Source: Comamonadaceae bacterium (GTDB taxonomy: Bacteria > Pseudomonadota > Gammaproteobacteria > Burkholderiales > Burkholderiaceae_C). Taken from it: DNA of 37,655 nucleotides. Every line of letters starts with the position of its first letter. The first letter of the stretch is position 1. The DNA is taken from the NCBI GenBank assembly GCA_947374705.1, contig CANCDA010000001.1:1-37655 (forward strand), written 5' to 3'. A program made the translations under genes and the position numbers. The notes below the pieces were generated by a model. The model saw only the letters and a program-made list of their open reading frames with translations, made no database searches and had not been told where the DNA came from. Positions 1 to 8,750 of the stretch are shown one piece after another.

Positions 1-372
1 GTCGAGCACATCATCGACTTCCTTGAAATCCAGGCCCACCGCAAAACCCCCGTGGGCCAACTGCCCTACGGCCTGCAAAAGCGAGTGGACTTGGGCCGCG
101 CCCTGGCCATGGAGCCCCAGGTGTTATTGCTGGACGAGCCCATGGCGGGCATGAACGTAGAAGAGAAGCAGGACATGAGCCGCTTCATCCTCGACGTGAA
201 CGACGAGTTCGGCACCACGGTGGTTTTGATTGAACACGACATGAGTGTGGTGATGGACATCTCGGACCGCGTGGTCGTGCTCGACTACGGTAAAAAAATC
301 GGCGACGGCACGCCCGAAGAAGTACGTAACAACCCGGATGTGATCAGTGCCTATTTGGGCACGAGTCATTAA
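1..372 (+). CDS. Branched-chain-amino-acid-type (LivG-like) ABC transporter ATP-binding protein, C-terminal part (5' end outside window)
   Basis: Frame 1 is open from base 1 (VEHIIDFLEIQ...). The translation shows LPYGLQKRVDLGRAL (signature region), LLLDEPMAGMN (Walker B) and LIEHDMSVV (H-loop). Stop codon at 370-372. Confidence 0.9.
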   Translation, partial: VEHIIDFLEIQAHRKTPVGQLPYGLQKRVDLGRALAMEPQVLLLDEPMAGMNVEEKQDMSRFILDVNDEFGTTVVLIEHDMSVVMDISDRVVVLDYGKKIGDGTPEEVRNNPDVISAYLGTSH

Positions 373-399
373 CGCGCAAGCGGAAGTAAGAGGAACTGA

Positions 400-1329
400 A
401 TGGCTTCGTTTTTAGAAACCCTGTTGGGCGGCCTCATGGCCGGCATGCTGTATTCGCTGGTGGCACTCGGCTTTGTGCTGATTTACAAAGCCTCTGGCGT
501 CTTTAACTTCGCCCAAGGCGCGATGGTGCTGTTTGCGGCGCTGGCCATGGCGCGCTTTGCCGAGTGGTTCCCGCAGTGGACCGGCATTGACAACGCGGTG
601 TTGGCCAATGGGGTGGCCTTTGTGTTGGCCGGCGGCGTGATGTTCCTCGTCGCCTGGCTGATCGAACGCCTGGTGTTGCGCCATCTTGTGAACCAGGAGG
701 GGGCCACGCTGCTGATGGCGACGCTGGGCATTGCATATTTCCTGGAAGGCCTGGGGCAGAGCATTTTCGGTGACGACATCTACAAGATTGACATTGGCAT
801 GCCCAAGGACCCGGTGTTCATTTTCGACACCGTCTTCCCGGGCGGCATCCTGGTCAACAAGGAGGACGTGATCGCCGCTGCCATTGCTGCCGCGCTGGTG
901 GCCTTGCTGAGCCTGTTCTTCCAGAAGACGGCCACCGGACGGGCGTTGCGCGCCGTGGCCGATGACCATCAGGCAGCGCAGTCCATCGGCATTCCCCTGA
1001 ACCGCATCTGGGTCGTCGTGTGGTGCGTGGCAGGTGTTGTGGCGCTGGTGGCCGGCATGATTTGGGGTTCCAAATTGGGCGTGCAATTCTCGCTGGCAAC
1101 CGTGGCCTTGCGTGCGCTGCCCGTGGTGATTCTGGGGGGGCTGACCTCGGTGCCCGGCGCCATTATTGGCGGACTGATCATCGGTGTCGGCGAGAAACTC
1201 TCCGAAGTCTATCTGGGCCCCTATGTGGGCGGCGGCATTGAAATCTGGTTCGCCTATGTCTTGGCGCTTGTCTTTCTGCTGTTCCGTCCGCAAGGATTGT
1301 TCGGTGAAAAAATCATCGACCGCGTTTAA
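400..1329 (+). CDS. Liv-type ABC transporter permease (LivH family)
   Basis: 309-aa polytopic hydrophobic ORF. ATG is preceded by AGAGGAAC. It begins LLGGL..G.LYSLVALGFVLIY and has the FAQGA motif typical of LivH-family permeases. Sits 28 nt after the ATPase. Confidence 0.92.
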   Translation: MASFLETLLGGLMAGMLYSLVALGFVLIYKASGVFNFAQGAMVLFAALAMARFAEWFPQWTGIDNAVLANGVAFVLAGGVMFLVAWLIERLVLRHLVNQEGATLLMATLGIAYFLEGLGQSIFGDDIYKIDIGMPKDPVFIFDTVFPGGILVNKEDVIAAAIAAALVALLSLFFQKTATGRALRAVADDHQAAQSIGIPLNRIWVVVWCVAGVVALVAGMIWGSKLGVQFSLATVALRALPVVILGGLTSVPGAIIGGLIIGVGEKLSEVYLGPYVGGGIEIWFAYVLALVFLLFRPQGLFGEKIIDRV

Positions 1330-1341
1330 GGAAACCGTAAC

Positions 1342-2418
1342 ATGTTCTACCGCGAAAACGGTCAATTCAAGACCAGCTACCGGGCTGATCAGCAGATTTT
1401 CCCGATCACCCAGGATCGCATTGCCGTCGGTCTTCTGGTCGTCGGTGCCTTGGCCCTGGTGCCTGCGCTGGCCAGCGACTACATCTTCACCGCCATTCTG
1501 ATTCCATTCCTGATTTTTTCACTCGCCGCCATCGGGGTGAACATCCTGGTGGGCTACTGTGGCCAGATTTCGCTGGGCTCAGGTGCCTTTATGGCCGTGG
1601 GGGCTTATGGTGCATTCAACTTCATGGTGCGCGTGCCGGGCATGCCCTTGATTGCCGCGCTGATTCTGGGTGGACTGTGCGCCACGCTGTTCGGCGTCCT
1701 GTTCGGTCTGCCGAGTTTGCGGGTGAAGGGCTTGTACCTGGCCGTGGCGACCTTGGCGGCGCAGTTTTTCAGCGACTGGATGTTTTTGCGCATCAGCTGG
1801 TTGACCAACAACTCGTCTTCGGGTTCGGTCTCAGTGTCCAATCTCCAGGTCTTTGGCGTGCCGCTTGACGGGCCCATGAGCAAGTATTTTTTCTGCCTGT
1901 CGGTGCTGGGCGTCATCGCTGTACTGGCCAAAAATCTGGTGCGCGGCGCGATTGGACGTGAGTGGATGGCTATCCGCGACATGGATGTGGCGGCCGCCGT
2001 GATCGGCATTCGCCCGATGTACGCCAAGCTCAGCGCTTTTGCCGTCAGCTCGTTCATCATTGGCGTGGCCGGGGCGCTGTGGGGCTTTGTCTATTTGGGC
2101 ACCTGGGAGCCTGCTGCATTTTCTGTGGATCAATCATTTCGCTTGCTGTTCATGGTGATCATCGGGGGCATGGGCTCCATCATGGGCGGCTTCTTTGGTG
2201 CGGCTTTCATCGTGGTGCTGCCGATATTTTTGAACCTGTTGCTGCCCGTAGCGGCTCGACTGTTCGGTGTCACCATTTCAACCGCTGGCGTCTCGCACGC
2301 CGAGTTGATGGTGTTTGGCGGTCTGATCGTGTGGTTCCTGATCGTGGAGCCCCATGGTCTGGCCAAGCTCTGGTCCACGGGCAAGCAAAAGTTGCGGCTG
2401 TGGCCGTTCCCGCATTGA
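1342..2418 (+). CDS. Liv-type ABC transporter permease (LivM family)
   Basis: 358-aa hydrophobic ORF 13 nt after the previous permease, with RBS AAGGAAAC. Contains GYCGQISLGSGAFMAVGAY, typical of LivM-type permeases. Confidence 0.92.
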   Translation: MFYRENGQFKTSYRADQQIFPITQDRIAVGLLVVGALALVPALASDYIFTAILIPFLIFSLAAIGVNILVGYCGQISLGSGAFMAVGAYGAFNFMVRVPGMPLIAALILGGLCATLFGVLFGLPSLRVKGLYLAVATLAAQFFSDWMFLRISWLTNNSSSGSVSVSNLQVFGVPLDGPMSKYFFCLSVLGVIAVLAKNLVRGAIGREWMAIRDMDVAAAVIGIRPMYAKLSAFAVSSFIIGVAGALWGFVYLGTWEPAAFSVDQSFRLLFMVIIGGMGSIMGGFFGAAFIVVLPIFLNLLLPVAARLFGVTISTAGVSHAELMVFGGLIVWFLIVEPHGLAKLWSTGKQKLRLWPFPH

Positions 2419-2464
2419 TCTGTTTTTTTTCGTGTTGCAAGACTTTTACCTAAAGGAGACATCC

Positions 2465-3793
2465 ATGAATCTTTCGAAACTCGTGATCGCCGTAGCCGTG
2501 GTGGTGGCGGGCGCATCGTCCCTGACGACCAGCGCCTTCGCCCAGGCCAAGGAGCAGTTCTTTCCGCTGCTGTCCTACCGAACTGGCCCGTATGCGCCCA
2601 ACGGCGTGCCATGGGCCAATGGCAAGCAGGACTACCTCAAGATGATCAATGCCCGTGATGGCGGCGTCAACGGCGTCAAGCTCACGTACGAAGAGTGCGA
2701 GACCGGTTACGCCACCGACCGCGGCGTGGAGTGCTATGAGCGCCTGAAAACGCGCCCTGGTGTCGCCCTGGTTGACCCGCAAGCCACCGGGATCACCTTT
2801 GCGCTGACCGAGAAAGTGCCCGTTGACAAGATTCCCCTCATCACCTTGGGCTATGGCCTGTCCGTGGCGCAAGACGGTATCGCGTTCAAGTGGAACTTCC
2901 CGCTCATGGGTAGCTACTGGACGGGCGCAGACATTCTGGTCCAGCACCTTGCCAAGGAACTGGGCGGTTTTGACAAACTCAAGGGCAAGAAAATCGCCTT
3001 GGTTTATCACGACAGCCCGTTTGGCAAAGAGCCTATCCCCGTGCTGCAAGAACGCGCCAAGATGCACGGTTTCGAGTTGCAGATGCTGCCCGTGACGGCA
3101 CCCGGCGTGGAGCAAAAAGCCACCTGGTTGCAAGTGCGCCAGAGTCGTCCCGACTATGTGTTCCTCTGGGGTTGGGGTGTGATGAACTCCACCGCACTCA
3201 AAGAAGCGCAAGCCACGGGTTATCCGCGTGACAAGATGTACGGCGTGTGGTGGGCCGGTGCCGAGCCGGACGTGAAAGACGTGGGCGAGGGTGCCAAGGG
3301 TTACCACGCTTTGGCGCTCAACACCGCCAGCCAGACCCCGAAGGTGATTCAAGACATCCTGAAGCACGTGCATGGCAAGGGCCAGGGTACGGGACCGAAG
3401 GATGAAGTTGGGCAAGTGCTTTACACACGCGGCGTGATGATTCAAATGCTGTCGGTGGAGGCGGTGCGCCGGGCACAGGAGCGCTTTGGCAAGGGCAAGG
3501 TCATGACCGGCGAACAAGTGCGCTGGGGCCTGGAGAATCTGGCGCTGGATCAGAAGAGGCTGGATGCGCTGGGTTTTAACGGCGTCATGCGCCCGCTCAG
3601 CACGTCTTGCGCGGATCACATGGGTTCGACTGCGGCACGCATTGAAACCTGGGATGGCAAGAAGTGGAACATCACGTCGGACTACATCGAGGCGGATGAG
3701 CAAATCCTCAAGCCCATGATCAAAACTGCGGCTGACAAATACCTCTCCGACAAGAAGATGACGCGGCGCACGCCGGCCGATTGCCAATCCTGA
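2465..3793 (+). CDS. ABC transporter periplasmic substrate-binding protein (Leu/Ile/Val-binding-protein-like fold), Sec signal peptide
   Basis: ATG at 2465 is preceded by AAAGGAGAC. The N-terminus MNLSKLVIAVAVVVAGASSLTTSAFAQA is a classical signal peptide. The track ORF start at 2354 lies inside the upstream gene's end and lacks an RBS. Confidence 0.88.
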   Translation: MNLSKLVIAVAVVVAGASSLTTSAFAQAKEQFFPLLSYRTGPYAPNGVPWANGKQDYLKMINARDGGVNGVKLTYEECETGYATDRGVECYERLKTRPGVALVDPQATGITFALTEKVPVDKIPLITLGYGLSVAQDGIAFKWNFPLMGSYWTGADILVQHLAKELGGFDKLKGKKIALVYHDSPFGKEPIPVLQERAKMHGFELQMLPVTAPGVEQKATWLQVRQSRPDYVFLWGWGVMNSTALKEAQATGYPRDKMYGVWWAGAEPDVKDVGEGAKGYHALALNTASQTPKVIQDILKHVHGKGQGTGPKDEVGQVLYTRGVMIQMLSVEAVRRAQERFGKGKVMTGEQVRWGLENLALDQKRLDALGFNGVMRPLSTSCADHMGSTAARIETWDGKKWNITSDYIEADEQILKPMIKTAADKYLSDKKMTRRTPADCQS

Positions 3794-3796
3794 TGG

Positions 3797-3890
3797 CTTA
3801 ACCCCTTCCCCCGCTGGGGGAAAGTAGGGATGGGGGCTTCTTCGTGCGCTGGCCCCCACCCCAGCCCTCCCCCAGTGGGGGAGGGAGGCA
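3797..3890. repeat. REP-like GC-rich intergenic element with two C/G-tract hairpins
   Basis: TTCCCCC(3806-3812)/GGGGGAA(3816-3822) forms one hairpin. A perfect 9-bp stem CCCTCCCCC(3865-3873)-AGT-GGGGGAGGG(3877-3885) forms the second. Both lie in a 173-nt non-coding gap inside an otherwise tight operon. Confidence 0.6.
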
Positions 3891-3966
3891 GAAACTGCGG
3901 CTCTCACGAGCCGCCAATGCAAAGGTCGGCACGCCCTGCCTTTCCATTGGTAAACACAGCAAACTT

Positions 3967-4776
3967 ATGAGCACTCCAAACATCGTTCTCAACGTCAACG
4001 GCATCGAGGTCATTTACAACCATGTCATCCTGGTTCTGAAAGGCGTCTCCCTGCAAGTGCCCGAGGGCGGCATCGTCGCCATTTTGGGCGGCAATGGCGC
4101 GGGTAAAACCACCACCTTGCGCGCCATCTCCAACCTGCTCAAGGGCGAACGCGGCGCGGTCACCAAGGGCAGTATCGAGCTGCGCGGTGAGCGCATTGAA
4201 AACCTCTCTCCCGCCGATCTGGTGAACCGTGGCGTGGTGCAGGTCATGGAAGGCCGCCACTGTTTTGCCCACCTCACGCTGGAAGAAAACCTGCTGACCG
4301 GCGCTTACACACGCAAAGACAAGGCCGAGGTGGCGCGCAACCTGGAGAAGGTGTACACCTACTTCCCGCGCCTCAAGACGCGGCGCAGTTCACAAGCGGC
4401 CTACACCTCGGGCGGTGAGCAACAGATGTGCGCCATTGGCCGCGCGCTTATGGCCAACCCCAGCATGGTGCTGCTGGACGAACCCTCCATGGGCCTGGCC
4501 CCGCAAATCGTGGAAGAGGTGTTCGAGATCGTCAAAGACCTCAACACCAAAGAGAAGGTCACCTTTTTGCTGGCCGAGCAAAACACCAATATGGCACTGC
4601 GATACGCCGACTACGGCTACATCATGGAGAGCGGGCGCGTGGTGATGGACGGCGTGGCCAGTGATCTGGCCAACAACGAAGACGTCAAAGAGTTCTACCT
4701 CGGCGTGGGCGGGGGCGAGCGCAAGAGTTTCAAAGATGTGAAGAGTTACAAACGTAGAAAGCGGTGGTTGGCATGA
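3967..4776 (+). CDS. Liv-type ABC transporter ATP-binding protein (LivF-like, with basic C-terminal extension)
   Basis: ATG at 3967 (MSTPNIVLNVNGIEVIY). Walker A GGNGAGKTT, signature YTSGGEQQM, Walker B VLLDEPSMGLAP. The track start at 3844 would translate the REP element (PPPQPSPSGGG). Confidence 0.9.
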   Translation: MSTPNIVLNVNGIEVIYNHVILVLKGVSLQVPEGGIVAILGGNGAGKTTTLRAISNLLKGERGAVTKGSIELRGERIENLSPADLVNRGVVQVMEGRHCFAHLTLEENLLTGAYTRKDKAEVARNLEKVYTYFPRLKTRRSSQAAYTSGGEQQMCAIGRALMANPSMVLLDEPSMGLAPQIVEEVFEIVKDLNTKEKVTFLLAEQNTNMALRYADYGYIMESGRVVMDGVASDLANNEDVKEFYLGVGGGERKSFKDVKSYKRRKRWLA

Positions 4777-4784
4777 GAGGTTCA

Positions 4785-6032
4785 ATGTTTGACGCGCTGG
4801 ATATCCGCGACCCAATTGAGCGCGAAGCCGCTCTGCTGGCTGCCTTGCCCGGCCAGATTGCGCAGGCGCAAACTCAGACTTCAGCCTTTACCGAGCTGCT
4901 CGCAGGCGTCAACGCAGCCGACATCATCAGCCGCGCCGCATTGGCTCAACTCCCCGTCACCCGCAAGCATGAGCTGCTGGCGCGCCAACAAGCGCAACGC
5001 AGCGCAGGCGGTAACGTGTTTGGCGGTTTCAGCGCCATTGGTTTCGGTGCGGCCATGCCGCGTGTTTTTGCCAGCCCTGGCCCGATTTACGAGCCCGAGG
5101 GCACACGCACTGACTACTGGCGCATGGCGCGCGCCATTTACGCTGCGGGGTTTCGCCCCGGCGAGCTGATCCACAACTGCTTCAGCTACCACTTTGTCCC
5201 TGCGGGCTCCATGATGGAAACCGGGGCGCACGCCCTGGGTTGCACCGTGTTTCCCGGCGGCACCGGGCAGACCGAGCAACAGGTGCAGGCCATGGTCGAG
5301 CTGCAACCGGCGGGCTATATCGGTACACCCAGTTTCTTGAAAATCATTCTGGAAAAAGCCGCCGAGATGGGCGTGACGCTGCCCAGCGTCAAAAAAGCCA
5401 TGTTCGGTGGCGAGGCCTTTCCCCCCAGCTTGCGTGACTGGTACCTGGCCCACGGCATTGACGGCTACCAGTGCTATGCCACCGCCGACCTGGGCCTGAT
5501 TGCCTACGAAACCCCGGCCCGTGAAGGCTTGGTGCTGGACGAAGGCGTGATCGTCGAGATCGTGCGCCCCGGCACCGGTGACCCGGTGCCCGAGGGCGAG
5601 GTAGGCGAACTGGTGGTGACCAGCCTCAATCCTGATTACCCCTTGATCCGCTTTGGTACGGGCGACCTGTCGGCCATATTGCCAGGCCACTGCCCCACAG
5701 GCCGCACCAACACCCGCATCAAGGGTTGGATGGGGCGTGCCGACCAGACCACCAAGGTGCGGGGCATGTTTGTGCATCCGGGCCAGGTGGACACCATCGC
5801 CAAACGTTTTCCCGAAATCATCAAAGCGCGCCTGGTGGTGTCAGGCGAGATGGCCAATGACAGCATGACGCTGAAAGTTGAGACGCTGAACGGCACGCTG
5901 GACGGCCTTCAAGCCCGCATCAGCGAAGCCATACGCGACGTGACCAAGCTGCGTGGACAGGTGGAGTTTCAGCTGGCAGGCAGCCTGCCCAATGACGGCA
6001 AAGTGATTGAGGACGCACGCAGTTACCGATAA
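4785..6032 (+). CDS. Phenylacetate-CoA-ligase (PaaK)-like adenylate-forming family protein with a degenerate P-loop
   Basis: Colinear with remembered PaaK. GCTVFPGGTGQTEQQ matches PaaK GCTVIPMSGGQTEKQ, FGTGDL corresponds to the TRDL motif, and GRADQTTKVRGMFVHPGQV matches GRSDDMLIIRGVNVFP. Start is ambiguous: ATG 4785 (GAGG 4 nt upstream) or ATG 4773 (ATGA overlap with the livF-like stop). Confidence 0.8.
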   Translation: MFDALDIRDPIEREAALLAALPGQIAQAQTQTSAFTELLAGVNAADIISRAALAQLPVTRKHELLARQQAQRSAGGNVFGGFSAIGFGAAMPRVFASPGPIYEPEGTRTDYWRMARAIYAAGFRPGELIHNCFSYHFVPAGSMMETGAHALGCTVFPGGTGQTEQQVQAMVELQPAGYIGTPSFLKIILEKAAEMGVTLPSVKKAMFGGEAFPPSLRDWYLAHGIDGYQCYATADLGLIAYETPAREGLVLDEGVIVEIVRPGTGDPVPEGEVGELVVTSLNPDYPLIRFGTGDLSAILPGHCPTGRTNTRIKGWMGRADQTTKVRGMFVHPGQVDTIAKRFPEIIKARLVVSGEMANDSMTLKVETLNGTLDGLQARISEAIRDVTKLRGQVEFQLAGSLPNDGKVIEDARSYR

Positions 6033-6099
6033 GTAGTTTCCTCGTCTAGCACCTCAAGCAGTGAACTTAAAATCTAGCTCTTAATTTCGGAGATTTCAC

Positions 6100-7074
6100 A
6101 TGAAACGCTTGCTGGTACTGGCCGCTGCTGCGGCAACATTGGGCGCTTATGCCCAAACGGCCTTTCCCACCAAACCCATCACCATCGTGGCGACCTTTGC
6201 CGCGGGTGGCCCGGTGGACCGTGTGGCCCGTGACTTGGCCGAGGCCCTGCGCAAGCCCTTGAATGGTGCAGTTATTCTGGTGGACAACGTAGTGGGTGCG
6301 GCAGGCTCCATCGCCGCCAACAAGGTGGCCAAAGCCAACCCGGACGGCTACACCCTGATGCTCAACCACATCGGCATGGCCACCATGCCCACCTTGGTGC
6401 GCAACATCCCCTTCAAGGTGGAGAGCGACTTTGAATACTTGGGCGTGGTGTCTGAAAACCCCATGACCTTGATCGCCAAGCCCCAGATGGCGGCCAACAA
6501 CTTTGCCGAGCTGCGCAAGTGGATCAATGACAACAAGAGCAAGGTCAACCTGGGCAATGCCGGTGTGGGCTCAGCCTCGCATTTGTGCGGGCTGCTGTTG
6601 CAAAGTGCGTTGGGTGTGGACATGACCACCGTGCCCTACAAAGGCACGGCCCCGGCCATGACTGACCTGATCGGCGGCCAGATCGACCTGCTGTGCGACC
6701 AGACCACCAACACCTCCAGCCAGATTGAAGGCAAGAAAGTCAAAGCCTACGCCGTGACCACGGCCAAACGCCTGACCACACCTGCCCTCAAAGACCTGCC
6801 CACGCTACAAGAAGCCGGTTTGAAAGGCGTTGAGGTCACGATCTGGAACGCCGTGTACGCCCCCAAAGGCACGCCGCCTGACGTGCTGGCCAAACTCAGC
6901 GCTGCCATCAAAGCCGCCGTGAAAGACCCCGAGTTCATCAAAAAGCAAGAAGGCCTGGGCGCAGTGGCAATTTCCGACAAGCGCGTGGAGCCTGCCGAAC
7001 ACAAGAAATTTGTGCAGGCAGAGATCGCCAAGTGGAGCCCCATCATCAAAGCCGCAGGCGTTTACGCCGACTGA
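6100..7074 (+). CDS. Bug/TctC-family tripartite tricarboxylate transporter substrate-binding protein
   Basis: Signal peptide MKRLLVLAAAAATLGAYAQ, then the family hallmarks FPTKPITIV..FAAGGP.D..AR, NPDGYTL and VPYKG. RBS CGGAG upstream. Confidence 0.92.
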   Translation: MKRLLVLAAAAATLGAYAQTAFPTKPITIVATFAAGGPVDRVARDLAEALRKPLNGAVILVDNVVGAAGSIAANKVAKANPDGYTLMLNHIGMATMPTLVRNIPFKVESDFEYLGVVSENPMTLIAKPQMAANNFAELRKWINDNKSKVNLGNAGVGSASHLCGLLLQSALGVDMTTVPYKGTAPAMTDLIGGQIDLLCDQTTNTSSQIEGKKVKAYAVTTAKRLTTPALKDLPTLQEAGLKGVEVTIWNAVYAPKGTPPDVLAKLSAAIKAAVKDPEFIKKQEGLGAVAISDKRVEPAEHKKFVQAEIAKWSPIIKAAGVYAD

Positions 7075-7093
7075 TCTGTTGCTGCACAATCAA

Positions 7094-7124
7094 AGCCGCC
7101 TCGTCACGCCGGGCGGCTTTTTTT
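7094..7124 (+). terminator. Rho-independent terminator after the first TctC gene
   Basis: AGCCGCC(7094-7100) pairs with GGCGGCT(7112-7118) and is followed by a T7 run, 20 nt after the stop codon. Confidence 0.7.
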
Positions 7125-7158
7125 CGATCTGAGTTCAAAAATACACGAGAAAATTTCC

Positions 7159-8181
7159 ATGCACAACTCAAACAACACAACCCGTCACCAGATTCGCCGC
7201 CGCCAAGCCCTGCTGGTTGGCGCCACTACCGCTTTAAGCTTGGCCCTGCCCGTGACAGCTCAAAGCACGTGGCCTAACCGCCCCGTCAAAATCGTCGTGC
7301 CCTTTGCACCTGGCGGCACCACCGACATCTTGGCCCGCGCCATGGCCCCGGAGCTCTCACGCGCCTTTGGCCAATCCTTCATCGTTGAAAACCGTGCCGG
7401 AGCCGGGGGTAACCTGGGTGCGGACGTGGTCGCCAAATCGCCCGCCGATGGCTACACATTGCTCATGGGCACGGTGGGCACGCACGGCATCAACAAGGCC
7501 TTGTATGACAAGATGCCCTTTGATCCGATCAAAGATTTTGCCCCCATTACCCTGGTGGCCGGTGTGCCCAATGTGATGATCGTCAATGCCGAGAAGGCGC
7601 GCAGCATGGGCATCAACAATGTGCTCGACTTCATCCGCGTGGCCAAGGCCAACCCGGGCAAGCTGAACATGGCGTCCAGCGGCAACGGCACTTCTATCCA
7701 CCTGGCGGGCGAGCTGTTCAAAAGCATGTCCGGCACCTTCATGCTGCACTTCCCCTACCGGGGCTCCAGTCCGGCCTTGCTGGACATGCTGGCAGGCACG
7801 ATGGACGTGATGTTTGACAACCTGCCCTCCAGCATGCCGCACATCAAAAGCGGCAAGCTCAAGGCGCTGGCCGTGACCAGCGCGCAGCGCTCGGCCGCGT
7901 TGCCGGACGTGCCCACCATCGAAGAAGCCGCCAAGCTCAAGGGCTATGAAGCCAGCAGCTGGTTTGGCCTGTTGGCCCCGGTGGGCACACCGCCTGACAT
8001 CGTGAACCGTATTCAGCAGGAAGTGGCCAAGTCACTCAACACCCCGGCCATCAAAGAAAAACTGCTGGCCCAAGGCGCTATTCCCGGTGGCAACACACCG
8101 CAGGAGTTTGCCAAGATGATCGACGCGGAACACAAAAAATGGGCGCAGGTGGTGAAGGCGTCTGGGGCAAAGGTGGATTAA
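7159..8181 (+). CDS. Bug/TctC-family substrate-binding protein
   Basis: [23 protein letters not shown] signal region. Contains [33 protein letters not shown] and FPYRGS. Confidence 0.92.
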   Translation: MHNSNNTTRHQIRRRQALLVGATTALSLALPVTAQSTWPNRPVKIVVPFAPGGTTDILARAMAPELSRAFGQSFIVENRAGAGGNLGADVVAKSPADGYTLLMGTVGTHGINKALYDKMPFDPIKDFAPITLVAGVPNVMIVNAEKARSMGINNVLDFIRVAKANPGKLNMASSGNGTSIHLAGELFKSMSGTFMLHFPYRGSSPALLDMLAGTMDVMFDNLPSSMPHIKSGKLKALAVTSAQRSAALPDVPTIEEAAKLKGYEASSWFGLLAPVGTPPDIVNRIQQEVAKSLNTPAIKEKLLAQGAIPGGNTPQEFAKMIDAEHKKWAQVVKASGAKVD

Positions 8182-8209
8182 GTCAACCCGATGGGGTGGT
8201 GTGATGGAC

Positions 8210-8256
8210 AATTCGCCGCCGGGCCGCCCCAAGGCGAATTAGCCCCCTCGGGGGGC
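8210..8256. repeat. REP-like double hairpin between convergent genes
   Basis: AATTCGCC(8210-8217)/GGCGAATT(8233-8240) forms an 8-bp stem. GCCCCC(8242-8247)/GGGGGC(8251-8256) follows immediately. Confidence 0.55.
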
Positions 8257-8293
8257 AGAAAGCTACACGCAGTGAGCGAACGCGGGGGCCACT

Positions 8294-8629
8294 TCACACA
8301 CCCCAGACGATGGGCTCTCCCGCCTTCTCGCAGCGGCGCAGCATCTCGATCATCGGCACGGCGCGTTGACGCAGGCTGATGCCTTCCAACCGGGGTGGCG
8401 TTTCACCTCGACTCAACGCGGCCTCCTGGGCCGCTTTTTGCTGCGTCTCTTCCTGAACAATCGCCGCCTCCAGCGCGCTGATGGCGGCAGGCATGTCTTG
8501 CGGCAACACAATGCCTTTATCGCCCGCAGGCGCGGCGGTTTCCTTGCCCATGATGGACAACATGCGCTGACCGTTGGGCTGCAACATGATCAGGTCGGCG
8601 GCGGCTTTGGATTTGAATTTGTAGAGCAT
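8294..8629 (-). CDS. DUF1840 domain-containing small protein
   Basis: 111-aa ORF beginning MLYKFKSKAAADLIMLQPNGQRMLSIMGKE, which matches my memory of the conserved DUF1840 N-terminus of betaproteobacteria. Confidence 0.8.
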   Translation of the reverse strand: MLYKFKSKAAADLIMLQPNGQRMLSIMGKETAAPAGDKGIVLPQDMPAAISALEAAIVQEETQQKAAQEAALSRGETPPRLEGISLRQRAVPMIEMLRRCEKAGEPIVWGV

Positions 8630-8750
8630 GGGTCAGAAGTAGCTGGTATTTCACGAATTCTCTCCCTCAAGCACGCTGCGTTGTCGCGCCTGGGTTCGAG
8701 TGTTGGGCGCACGCATCTCTGCGCAGGCTGGATCCAGTGCCTTTTGGGGC

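Noticed and set aside
2450-3922. 490-aa minus-strand ORF
   Set aside because: It is antisense to the signal-peptide-bearing binding-protein gene. Its composition is Arg/Ala/His/Leu-rich and motif-free, and it runs through the REP element. This is a high-GC shadow ORF.
3844-3966. Longer N-terminus for the LivF-like ATPase (MRWPPPQPSPSGGGRQKL...)
   Set aside because: This stretch is a translation of the REP hairpins. ABC ATPases of this type start about 10-15 aa before the first beta-strand, as the ATG at 3967 does.
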